Shown piece after piece: positions 8,153 through 16,079 of a stretch of DNA of 43,387 nucleotides. Position numbers and translations under genes: made by a program. The stretch is from Candidatus Methylomirabilota bacterium (lineage in GTDB: Bacteria; Methylomirabilota; Methylomirabilia; Rokubacteriales; CSP1-6). The DNA lies in contig JBKOZH010000010.1 of assembly GCA_046725765.1 (NCBI GenBank), positions 1 to 43,387 of the forward strand, given 5' to 3'. Numbering within the stretch: the first letter of the stretch is position 1; every line of letters starts with the position of its first letter. The notes beneath the pieces are model-generated. The model worked only from the letters and a program-made list of their open reading frames with translations, made no database searches and had not been told where the DNA came from.

Positions 8153-9850
8153 TCAGGCGTCTTCCTGGGTGACTCTCAAGATCTCTTCGACGGTCGTCAG
8201 CCCCTCGCAGGCTCGCCGCCAGCCGTCCATCCGCAGCGTCATCATGCCGACCGCGATCGCGTGCTGCCGGATGTCGCGCGCCGTCGCGCGGCGCAGCATC
8301 AGGCTGCGCGCGTCCTCGGTGATCGGGAACAGCTCGTAGATGCCCATGCGCCCGCGGTAGCCGGTGCCGCGGCAGTCGTCGCAGCCCTTGCCGCGGTAGA
8401 GCTGCGTGCCCGGCGGAGCGGCGACGCCGAGCGCGTCCAGATCGGCCTGGCTCGCGCTGTCCGTTACGCGGCAGCTCAGGCAGATGCGGCGCACGAGCCG
8501 CTGCGCCAGCACGGCCTCGAGCACGGAGGCGACGAGGTAGGGCTCGACGCCCATGTCTTGCAGCCGCGTGATGGCCGCCGGGGCGTCGTTGGTGTGCAGC
8601 GTCGAGAACACGAGGTGGCCGGTGAGCGAGGCCTGGATCGCAATCTCCGCGGTCTCCAGGTCGCGAATCTCGCCGACGAGGATGACGTCCGGGTCCTGTC
8701 GCACGATGTGGCGCAGCCCGGTCGCGAAGGTGAGGCCGATCTTCGGCTTCACCGCGATCTGGTTGACGCCTTTGAGCTGATACTCGACCGGATCCTCGAC
8801 GGTGATGATCTTGCGGTCGGGCGAGTTGATCTTGTCCAGCGCCCCGTAGAGCGTCGTCGTCTTGCCAGAGCCCGTCGGGCCCGTCACGAGGACGATTCCG
8901 TGCGGCCGCTTGATGAGCGACTCGAAGTGCTTGAGCGTGTCGGCGGGGAACCCGAGCCGATCGAGCGGCAGGAAGACGCTGGAGCGCTGCAACAGCCGCA
9001 TCACGATCGACTCGCCGTGCACGGTCGGGATGGTGGACACGCGGATGTCGACGCGCGAGCCGTGCAGGTTGACGCGGATACGGCCGTCCTGTGGCAGGCG
9101 CCGCTCGGCGATGTTCATCTCGGCCATGATCTTGATGCGCGAGGTGACGGCCGCCTGCAGGCGCCGCGGTGGCGCCTCCTGGTCGTAGAGGATGCCGTCG
9201 ATGCGATACCGGATGCGCAGCGTGTCCTCGAACGGCTCGATGTGGATGTCGGAGGCCTCGGCCGTGATCGCGTTCTCGATCAAGAGGTTGACGAGGCGCA
9301 CGACGGGCGCCTCGAACGCCATGTCGCGCAGGTGGTTGACGTCCTCGTCGCCGTCGGGGCCACGCTCCTCGTCGATGCCCTCGACGATCCGCTGCAGCGC
9401 GCTGGCGTTGGCGCCGTCGTAGTTCTTGTCGATCGTCTCAAGAATTCCGGTCGCCGAGCTCACCACGAACTTCACCGCGAGGCCGGTGGCCTGGCGGAGA
9501 TCGTCCTCGACGATGGCGTTGAGCGGATCGGCGGCGGCCACGGTCAGGATGCCGCCCTCGATGGTGAGGGGGCACACCCGATACTGCCGCAGGTACTTCG
9601 CGGAGACGTTCTTGAGCACCGGCACCGTGGATGGCAGCTCTTCGCGCCAGACGTAGGGCAGGTCCTGCTGCACGGCCAGCGCGCGCGCGACGTCGTCTTC
9701 GTTCACGGCGCCGATGCCGACGAGCGCCTCACCGATGAGCTCGCCCGTGTTCCGCTGACGGGTGAGCGCCCGGTTGACGGCGTCGACGGTGGTGATGCCC
9801 TCGGCCACGAGGATCTCGCCGAGGAGCCGCGGAGGAGCTCCTATGGCCAT
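8153..9850 (-). CDS. gspE: Type II secretion ATPase GspE
   Basis: 565 aa. It has an N-terminal MshEN/T2SSE_N-like domain, Walker A GPTGSGKTTT, a DPDVILVGEIRD Asp box, a TGHLVFSTLHTND His box, and a tetracysteine motif CLSC...CDDC. Confidence 0.95.
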   Translation of the reverse strand: MAIGAPPRLLGEILVAEGITTVDAVNRALTRQRNTGELIGEALVGIGAVNEDDVARALAVQQDLPYVWREELPSTVPVLKNVSAKYLRQYRVCPLTIEGGILTVAAADPLNAIVEDDLRQATGLAVKFVVSSATGILETIDKNYDGANASALQRIVEGIDEERGPDGDEDVNHLRDMAFEAPVVRLVNLLIENAITAEASDIHIEPFEDTLRIRYRIDGILYDQEAPPRRLQAAVTSRIKIMAEMNIAERRLPQDGRIRVNLHGSRVDIRVSTIPTVHGESIVMRLLQRSSVFLPLDRLGFPADTLKHFESLIKRPHGIVLVTGPTGSGKTTTLYGALDKINSPDRKIITVEDPVEYQLKGVNQIAVKPKIGLTFATGLRHIVRQDPDVILVGEIRDLETAEIAIQASLTGHLVFSTLHTNDAPAAITRLQDMGVEPYLVASVLEAVLAQRLVRRICLSCRVTDSASQADLDALGVAAPPGTQLYRGKGCDDCRGTGYRGRMGIYELFPITEDARSLMLRRATARDIRQHAIAVGMMTLRMDGWRRACEGLTTVEEILRVTQEDA

Positions 9851-9853
9851 GCT

Positions 9854-10600
9854 ATGCTCCCGTCGATGTTAGCATACTTGGCGTTCGCGGCCGTCGCCGC
9901 CGCCGCGGATGTCGCGGGGGCGGTGATCGTCACCACCGCCCATAAACACGGTCACGCGCGGCTGAGGTATTTCGTCGCCGCCGGGGCGGGGTTCATGCTC
10001 GCCGCGGCGTTCGTCCGGATGCTTCCGGAGAGTACGCACCTGCCACACGCCTTCGTGTTCGTGCTGCTCGGGTACTTCGGCGTACATCTATTCGAGCACA
10101 CCGTGGCCCCACACTTCCACTTCGGCGAAGAGGTGCATCGCGACGCCCTGTTGCATCCCTCGGCGGGATGGCTGGCGGTGCTGGGCCTGGGGGTGCACAC
10201 CGTCTTCGACGGCGTCGCGATCGCCGCCGGGTTCATGGTCAGCGCCTCGCTCGGCGCGATCCTGTTCATCGCGGTCATCCTTCACAAGCTGCCCGAGGGC
10301 TTCACGGTTGCGTCCATCATGCTGGCCGGCGGCCACTCGCGCGGCGCGGCGCTGGCCGCGGGAACCGGGCTCGGCGTGCTGACCATCGCCGGCGCGCTCG
10401 CCACCAGTCTCATCGCGCAGCAGCACGTGGCCTACGCGCTGGCGCTGTCGGCGGGCGTCACCATCTACGTCGCGGCGTCGGACCTCATTCCGGAGGTCAA
10501 CCGGGAGGACAACGCCCCGGGCCTCGCGTACACCGTTTTTGGCGGGTTGCTGTTCTTCATCGCGGTGGACTGGGCGTTCTCGAAGTTTCTGACGCACTAG
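9854..10600 (+). CDS. ZIP-family divalent metal (Zn) transporter, ZupT-like
   Basis: This is the real 3' third of the 836-aa track ORF; the 5' part is antisense to gspE. Starts MLPSMLAYLAFAAV.... It is multi-TM with GVHTVFDGVAIAAGF and the HKLPEGFTVASIM signature. The ATG lies only 3 nt from the divergent gspE ATG. Confidence 0.85.
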   Translation: MLPSMLAYLAFAAVAAAADVAGAVIVTTAHKHGHARLRYFVAAGAGFMLAAAFVRMLPESTHLPHAFVFVLLGYFGVHLFEHTVAPHFHFGEEVHRDALLHPSAGWLAVLGLGVHTVFDGVAIAAGFMVSASLGAILFIAVILHKLPEGFTVASIMLAGGHSRGAALAAGTGLGVLTIAGALATSLIAQQHVAYALALSAGVTIYVAASDLIPEVNREDNAPGLAYTVFGGLLFFIAVDWAFSKFLTH

Positions 10601-10624
10601 CCGCTGCGCTATCCTGAGCCGGCC

Positions 10625-11086
10625 ATGGCCGCGGCCGCACTCGTCCTCCACGGTCCCAACCTCAATCTGCTCGGCACGCGCGAGCCGGGCGTCTACGGCC
10701 GCACCTCGCTCGCCGCCGTCGATCGTCTCGTCAAAGATCACGGGCGACGGCGTGGTCTGCGGGTCGAGTGCCGCCAGTCCAATCACGAGGGCCAGCTCAT
10801 CGACTGGCTGCAGGCCGCCCGGAGTGAGGGGTTCATGGGCGTCGTCTTCAATCCGGGCGCGTTCACACACTACTCGATCGCGCTGCGCGACGCCGTGGCC
10901 GGTATCGACGTGCCCGTCGTCGAGGTGCACCTCTCCAACGTGCACGCGCGCGAGGAATTCCGCCGTGTCTCGGTCATCGCCGCCGCCGCGCGCGGGCAGA
11001 TTTCCGGGTTCGGGCCCGACAGTTATCTGCTCGGCCTCGACGCGCTGCTGACGCTCACGCGCGCTCGCGCGGGTCGCCGACGCTGA
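10625..11086 (+). CDS. aroQ: Type II 3-dehydroquinate dehydratase
   Basis: 153 aa. [19 protein letters not shown]...[14 protein letters not shown]...[19 protein letters not shown]...[16 protein letters not shown] is a textbook AroQ signature. Confidence 0.93.
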   Translation: MAAAALVLHGPNLNLLGTREPGVYGRTSLAAVDRLVKDHGRRRGLRVECRQSNHEGQLIDWLQAARSEGFMGVVFNPGAFTHYSIALRDAVAGIDVPVVEVHLSNVHAREEFRRVSVIAAAARGQISGFGPDSYLLGLDALLTLTRARAGRRR

Positions 11087-11207
11087 CGGTCCCGCTACAA
11101 TAGGCCGGGTCGCCCAACCACTCCGGCCGAGCGCTCGACGTCCCGACAATAATCGCGGCGGCGCGTGCGTCTAACGGCCTGATGCGGCGGGGCGCCGCCC
11201 AGAGACC

Positions 11208-12245
11208 GTGACAACCGACGACGCCGCCCTCATCGAGCGATGCCGCGCCGGCGACATCGCGGCCTTCGAGCCGCTGGTCGAGAAGTATCGCCAGCGCGTG
11301 TGGCGCCTTGCGTACAACGTGGTGCGCGATCGGGAGGAGGCGTGGGACGTGGCGCAGGAAGGATTCGTGCGGGCCTGGCAGGCGCTGCCGAACTTCCGCG
11401 GCCAGTCGGCGTTCTACACGTGGCTGTTCCGGATCGTCATGAACGTGGCCTCCGATCGTGTGCGGGCGCGCGCCGCGCGCGGCCGCGCGTTCGGCACCGA
11501 GCGGATCCCCGAAGAAGACTGGGACCGCGTCCTCGTCGACCAGCCGGCCGACGCCAAACCGGACGCGGCGGCGGCGGGCTCGGAACAGCGTGCTCGGATC
11601 GAGAAGGCACTGGCCACGCTCTCGGCCGACCATCGGCGTATCGTGGTGCTGAGTGACATCGAGGGGCTGTCGTACAAGGAGATCGCCGACGTGCTGGAGA
11701 TTCCCATGGGAACGGTGATGTCGCGACTGCACAACGCACGCAAGCGGCTGAAGGCGGCGCTCGGCCCGCTGCTGGTCGTCGTCCTGGCGCTCGCCGCGCT
11801 CCTCGTGCCGCTGGTCAGCGATGCGCAACAGGTCGTGCGCTTCGGCGCGCGCGTCCTGCTCGCGACCGACAAGCCCCCGGCGTCCTCCACGCTGCGAATG
11901 GCGCCGCCCACGCCCGACGAGCGGCTGCAGGCGTTCTTGCCGAGACTGCGACAGCTGACCGGTTATCCGGAGTACACGTCGCTCGAGCGGTACCGCGCCG
12001 AGGTCCCCATCGGCTCCGTTCAGCAGTGGCCGGTGCCCGGCGACCGGGTGCTGGAGGTGGTCCCGGAGCGCGTGCATGGCGACACGGTGTACATGCGCGT
12101 GCGCCTGCAACGCGTCTCGGTGAACGAGGTCACGACGAACATCGAGGTCGCGCGCGGCAATCCGGCGGTGATCGGCGGGCCCCGCTACGCCGACGGTGTG
12201 CTGGTGATCATCGTCTGGGCCAACGCGAACCCCGAGCGGCGATAG
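11208..12245 (+). CDS. ECF (group IV) sigma-70 factor fused in one ORF to a TM helix and a ~140-aa extracytoplasmic domain of unknown family
   Basis: 345 aa, GTG start. Region 2 is DVAQEGFVRAWQALPNFRGQSAFYTWLFRIVMNVASD. Region 4 is LSADHRRIVVLSDIEGLSYKEIADVLEIPMGTVMSRLHNARKRLKAAL. The hydrophobic helix GPLLVVVLALAALLVPLV follows immediately, then a beta-rich domain running to the stop. Confidence 0.8.
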   Translation: MTTDDAALIERCRAGDIAAFEPLVEKYRQRVWRLAYNVVRDREEAWDVAQEGFVRAWQALPNFRGQSAFYTWLFRIVMNVASDRVRARAARGRAFGTERIPEEDWDRVLVDQPADAKPDAAAAGSEQRARIEKALATLSADHRRIVVLSDIEGLSYKEIADVLEIPMGTVMSRLHNARKRLKAALGPLLVVVLALAALLVPLVSDAQQVVRFGARVLLATDKPPASSTLRMAPPTPDERLQAFLPRLRQLTGYPEYTSLERYRAEVPIGSVQQWPVPGDRVLEVVPERVHGDTVYMRVRLQRVSVNEVTTNIEVARGNPAVIGGPRYADGVLVIIVWANANPERR

Positions 12246-12322
12246 CCGCGCATCTGCATCGACGCCCGTCGCGCGGACACGATTTATGCCGCGCTGAGCG
12301 CAGCCTCCGCATGAGTTGAAGC

Positions 12323-13303
12323 TTAAGACGGCGTGGCGGCGCCTCCGGGTTCCGGCCGCCGCGCGAATGTCGCCATGACCAGCGTCCGCGCGCGGTCGGG
12401 ATCGACGCCGTTGGCCTGCATACAGGGTGTGGCGTCTTCGAGCACGCGGTCGGGATCGCCCCACAGCCGGTACTTCTTGAACTGATCCTCGAACTCGATG
12501 CCGAGCGCGCGCGCGAATACGGACAAATAGTGCTCGATCGTGATGCGGCCTTCGGCCTCGAAGCCGCAGATCATCCGCTGACAGCCGTGATAGATGCCGG
12601 CCAGCGTGTCGGCGCCTGCGCTGCGCGCGCGCTCGATCTCGTCGCGCACGAGCCCGTCCCAGACGTCCTGACCGAGTTGGAGCGGAACGGCCGGCGCGCA
12701 CGAGCGCCCGAAGCGCGGATCGGGCTCCAGGGGGACGACGCGCAGACCGGGAACGGCGGCGAGCAGCTCGCGGCACGCGTGCGCCTCGCGCTGGCGCGCC
12801 TCGCCGACGGCATGGGCGTGGACGGCGACCGTGCGCTCGACCCGTGAGGTGAATTCCATGCGCGGTACCTGCCCGAGCAGGAATTCCGTCGTGTGCCGTA
12901 CGCGATAGGGGACCTCCGCGTGCAGGACCTCGTCGTAGAAATAGATGCACGACGGGCACCACATGACGACCTCGTCCGGCTCGTAGCGCTTGAAGAGCTC
13001 GAGCGTCCGCTTGGCCATGCCATCGCCCGCCGCGACGTCGCCCTCGCGATGGTGCACGATGCCGCAGCAGTACGTCGGCCCACCGACCGCGACGTAGTCG
13101 AGACCCAGACGGTCGAAGACGGCGGTGACGGTGCGGATCATGTGCGACGTGCGCAGCACGTTGCAGCCGAGATAGAGAACGATCGGCTTGCGTGGCGGCC
13201 GCGGCTCGGGTGCGGTGAGGCGCCACGTGCGCTCGTCGGCGCGTGTCGTGAGGTCGTGCGTCAGCCGGATCTCGCCGAAGTACTTGCCGTAGTCGAAGCC
13301 CAT
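12323..13303 (-). CDS. HdrB/GlpC-like cysteine-rich (CCG) domain Fe-S oxidoreductase subunit
   Basis: 326 aa. It has VLYLGCNVLRTSH...GGPTYCCGIVHH (CCG motif) and a second degenerate copy YHGCQRMICGF. A strong SD (GAGGAGG) sits upstream of the ATG. Confidence 0.7.
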   Translation of the reverse strand: MGFDYGKYFGEIRLTHDLTTRADERTWRLTAPEPRPPRKPIVLYLGCNVLRTSHMIRTVTAVFDRLGLDYVAVGGPTYCCGIVHHREGDVAAGDGMAKRTLELFKRYEPDEVVMWCPSCIYFYDEVLHAEVPYRVRHTTEFLLGQVPRMEFTSRVERTVAVHAHAVGEARQREAHACRELLAAVPGLRVVPLEPDPRFGRSCAPAVPLQLGQDVWDGLVRDEIERARSAGADTLAGIYHGCQRMICGFEAEGRITIEHYLSVFARALGIEFEDQFKKYRLWGDPDRVLEDATPCMQANGVDPDRARTLVMATFARRPEPGGAATPS

Positions 13304-13341
13304 CGCGCCTCCTCGGGTGCTCTAGCCTACAATACGCGGCC

Positions 13342-13890
13342 ATGGCGGACGACGCGACGCTGCTGCAGAGCGTTCGCACCGAGCTCGCGCGGCTTGCTCC
13401 CATCCTCGACACGCTGCTGTCCGACCTCGACCCGGCGGCCTGGCGCGAGCGCCCGGCTCCGGCCGAATGGTCCCCGGTCGAGATTGTCTGTCACCTCCGC
13501 GACGAAGAGACGGAGGATTTCGGCGCTCGCCTGCGTGTCGTCGCGACCGGCGGCAGCGCGTTCATCCGGATCGATCCCGCGCGCTGGGCCGAGGAACGGC
13601 GCTACCGCGACGCCGACGGGCCGAGCGTCCTCGCGGCCTTCCGTGAGCGGCGCGCGGCGACGCTCGCCTTTCTCGCCGAGCTGGCCCCCGATCGGCTGCG
13701 TCACGCGGTAGCGCAGGCACGGCTGCGGCGGCTCTCCGGGCTCGACCTGCTCGCGGCCTGGGTCACCCACGACCGACTGCACCTGGCGCAGCTCGCCGCG
13801 ACCCTGGCACGGCTCGGCGCACGCCGCTGGGCGCCGCTGCGCGTCGAGTACGCGGGGCCGATTCCGTACGCGGAAAGCCCCGTACAATAG
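13342..13890 (+). CDS. DinB-family (DinB_2-like) metal-dependent protein
   Basis: 182 aa. WSPVEIVCHLRDEE...LLAAWVTHDRLHLAQL is a His-containing four-helix DinB pattern. Confidence 0.7.
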   Translation: MADDATLLQSVRTELARLAPILDTLLSDLDPAAWRERPAPAEWSPVEIVCHLRDEETEDFGARLRVVATGGSAFIRIDPARWAEERRYRDADGPSVLAAFRERRAATLAFLAELAPDRLRHAVAQARLRRLSGLDLLAAWVTHDRLHLAQLAATLARLGARRWAPLRVEYAGPIPYAESPVQ

Positions 13891-13894
13891 CGCC

Positions 13895-15424
13895 ATGAGC
13901 GAGGGCGAAGAGCGCTACCACGCCGAGCGTGCGCGCATCGAGCAGGGCCACGCGAAATATCGCGACAAGCTGCGGGCCGAGGGCAAGATGTTCGTCCGCG
14001 ATCGGCTCAAGCTGCTGCTCGATCCGGGCACCGAGCTTCAGGAGGACTGGCTCTTCGCGCGCAGTCAGGAGCCCGACACGCCGGCGGACGGCGTCGTCAC
14101 CGGCATCGGCAAGGTCGGCGGCAAGACGGTCTGCATCATGGCCAACGATTACACCGTCAAAGCCGGCTCCTGGGGTGAGAAGACCGTCCTGAAGATCGTC
14201 CGCATCCAGGAGAAGGCCGCGCGGCTGCGCGTGCCGATGCTGTATCTCGTCGACGCCGCGGGCGGGCGCATCTCGGAGCAGATCAAGATCTTTCCCGGAC
14301 GCTTCCACGCCGGTCGCATCTTCTATAACGAGGTGCAGCTCTCGGGCGTCGTGCCGCAGATCTGCATCCTCTTCGGTCCCTCGCCGGCGGGCTCCGCGTA
14401 CCTGCCGGCGCTGACGGATCTCGTCATCATGGTCGACGGCAAGGCGTCGCTCTACGTCGGCAGCCCGCGGATGGTCGAGATGGCGATCGGCGAGAAGACG
14501 ACGCTCGAGGCGCTGGGCGGCGCGCGGATGCACTGCGAGGTGTCGGGCTGCGGCGACGTGCTCGCGGCGTCGGACGAGGACGCGATCGAGCTCGCCAAGC
14601 GCTACCTCGCGTTCATGCCGGGCTCGTTCGCGGAGCTGCCGCTGCGCGCGTCGGCCACCGAGCCCAAGCCGGGACGCTCCATCGACGAGATCGTGCCCTA
14701 CGACCAGCGCAAGTGGTTCGACATGTACGAGGTGATCGATCGCGTGATCGACGCGGGATCCTGGTTCGAGGTCAAGAAGCTGTTCGCGGGGGAGATCATC
14801 GTCGGGCTCGCGCGAATCGCCGGCCGCGTCGTCGGCATCGTCGCCAATCAGCCAAAGGTCAAGGGCGGCGTGCTGATGGTCGACTCGTCTGACAAAGCCG
14901 CGCGCTTCATCTGGCTCTGCAACGCGTTCAACATCCCGCTCGTGTATCTCGCCGACATCGCCGGATTCATGGTGGGCAGCAAGGTGGAGCGCGAGGGGAT
15001 CATCCGGCACGGGGCCAAGATGGTCTTCGCGACGTCGCAGGCGACGGTGCCGAAGATCTCGGTGATCGTCCGCAAGTGCTACGGCGCCGGTCTCTATGCG
15101 ATGTGCGGGCCGGCCTTCGAGCCCGACGCGACGCTGTCCTTGCCGCAGGGCCAGATCGCGATCATGGGGCCGGAGCCCGCGGTGAACGCGGTCTATTACA
15201 ACAAGATCATGGAGCTACCGGAGAGCGACCGCGCCGCGTACGTCAAAGCCAAGCGCGATGAGTACGCGCGCGACGTGGACGTCTACAAGCTCGCGTCCGA
15301 GATGCTCGTCGACGACATCGTCCCGGGGGCGTCGCTGCGCGCCGAGCTGGTGAAGCGCCTGGCCTATGCCGAGAGCAAGGCGCACGAGTTTCCGCAGCGC
15401 CGCAACGGCGTGTTCCCCGTCTAG
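13895..15424 (+). CDS. Acyl-CoA carboxylase carboxyltransferase (beta) subunit / carboxyl transferase domain protein
   Basis: 509 aa. GVVTGIGKVGGKTVCIMANDYTVKAGSWGEKTV, LYLVDAAGGRI, GPSPAGSAYLPAL, and VGIVANQPKVKGGVLMVDSSDKAARFIWLCNAFNIPLVYLADIAGFMVG are typical of the PccB/AccD5/MmdA family. Confidence 0.9.
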   Translation: MSEGEERYHAERARIEQGHAKYRDKLRAEGKMFVRDRLKLLLDPGTELQEDWLFARSQEPDTPADGVVTGIGKVGGKTVCIMANDYTVKAGSWGEKTVLKIVRIQEKAARLRVPMLYLVDAAGGRISEQIKIFPGRFHAGRIFYNEVQLSGVVPQICILFGPSPAGSAYLPALTDLVIMVDGKASLYVGSPRMVEMAIGEKTTLEALGGARMHCEVSGCGDVLAASDEDAIELAKRYLAFMPGSFAELPLRASATEPKPGRSIDEIVPYDQRKWFDMYEVIDRVIDAGSWFEVKKLFAGEIIVGLARIAGRVVGIVANQPKVKGGVLMVDSSDKAARFIWLCNAFNIPLVYLADIAGFMVGSKVEREGIIRHGAKMVFATSQATVPKISVIVRKCYGAGLYAMCGPAFEPDATLSLPQGQIAIMGPEPAVNAVYYNKIMELPESDRAAYVKAKRDEYARDVDVYKLASEMLVDDIVPGASLRAELVKRLAYAESKAHEFPQRRNGVFPV

Positions 15425-15426
15425 AG

Positions 15427-15747
15427 ATGTCGAGCGTCTGCTGGCTCGAAGACCGCGACGATCGGCTCGCACGCGCACGCGCGCTGGCACCGAGTGATCC
15501 GCAAGGCGCACTGGCCCTAGTCGAGTCGGTGCTGGCCGAAGTGCCCGACGATCCCGAGGCGCTGCGGACGAAGGGCGCGGTGCTGATCGACGTCGCCGAC
15601 GCCGAGCGCGATCCCGGGCGCGCCCTGCCAATCTACGACGAGGCGATCGCGCTCCTCAGCCGCGGTGGCTGCCCCGCCGACGCTGATCTCGCTGCCGCGC
15701 AGCGCGGCCGCGAGGCCGCACTGCGCCAGCGCGACTCCGCCGCCTAG
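15427..15747 (+). CDS. Hypothetical small acidic helical (TPR-like) protein
   Basis: 106-aa ORF starting 2 nt after the carboxyltransferase stop. It has high third-position GC. No recognisable family. Confidence 0.45.
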   Translation: MSSVCWLEDRDDRLARARALAPSDPQGALALVESVLAEVPDDPEALRTKGAVLIDVADAERDPGRALPIYDEAIALLSRGGCPADADLAAAQRGREAALRQRDSAA

Positions 15748-15857
15748 AGACTCACAGCGTTGTAGCCGCCGCTGACGCGCGGCGGCGAGCCGTGAATCTC
15801 GCCGCCGCGCGACGCGCCCGGACGACGCTGCTTCCGTCCGGCGCGCGTTTCGGCGTA

Positions 15858-16079
15858 CTACGGGCGCAGCACAGTGAAGAAGAGGTTGACCGTTCTCGAT
15901 GGGCAGCTGCTCCACCTGCGAGAACCCGGTCTCGCGGGCGAGTGCGCGCACACCACGCGCGCCGATGACGTTCGGCGCGGCGCGGGACAGCGATCCGGAA
16001 TTCCGCCCGAAGGCCCGGAGTGGAGAGACGGGCAGGATTCCGTCGAGACGCGGTCGTGGCCGCGCGCGCGGCGGCGGCG
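15858..16079 (-). pseudogene. Possible relic of the 3' end of a class I SAM-dependent methyltransferase gene (frameshifted, no start)
   Basis: Minus-strand translation gives ...NVIGARGVRALARETGFSQVEQLPIENG. After a 1-nt shift it reads TVNLFFTVLRP*, resembling a methyltransferase C-terminus (...AGF..VE......VNLF..A.KP). It fills the otherwise empty 330-nt gap after pckG. Weak call. Confidence 0.25.

Noticed and set aside
8090-9853. The 5' two-thirds of the 836-aa plus-strand ORF 8090..10600
   Set aside because: This part is antisense to gspE and reads as Arg/Asp/Gly-rich nonsense. Only the segment from ATG 9854 onward (ZIP transporter) shows membrane-protein sequence and family motifs.
11087-11207. 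Attempt to call an autoregulated ECF-type promoter (GGAAC...CGTC) upstream of the sigma factor gene
   Set aside because: A CGTCTAA sequence exists near 11166-11172, but no acceptable -35 (GGAAC-like) sits at the right spacing. It cannot be supported from sequence alone.
10088-13412. Minus-strand ORFs 10088..11149 (353 aa) and 11055..13412 (785 aa)
   Set aside because: They are Arg-rich shadows spanning the ZIP, aroQ, ECF sigma and HdrB-like genes (out of frame for the latter). They have no recognisable domains and would conflict with four well-supported genes.
13763-15010. Minus-strand 415-aa ORF antisense to the carboxyltransferase
   Set aside because: Asp/Arg/Leu-rich antisense translation of a gene with unmistakable carboxyltransferase motifs on the plus strand.
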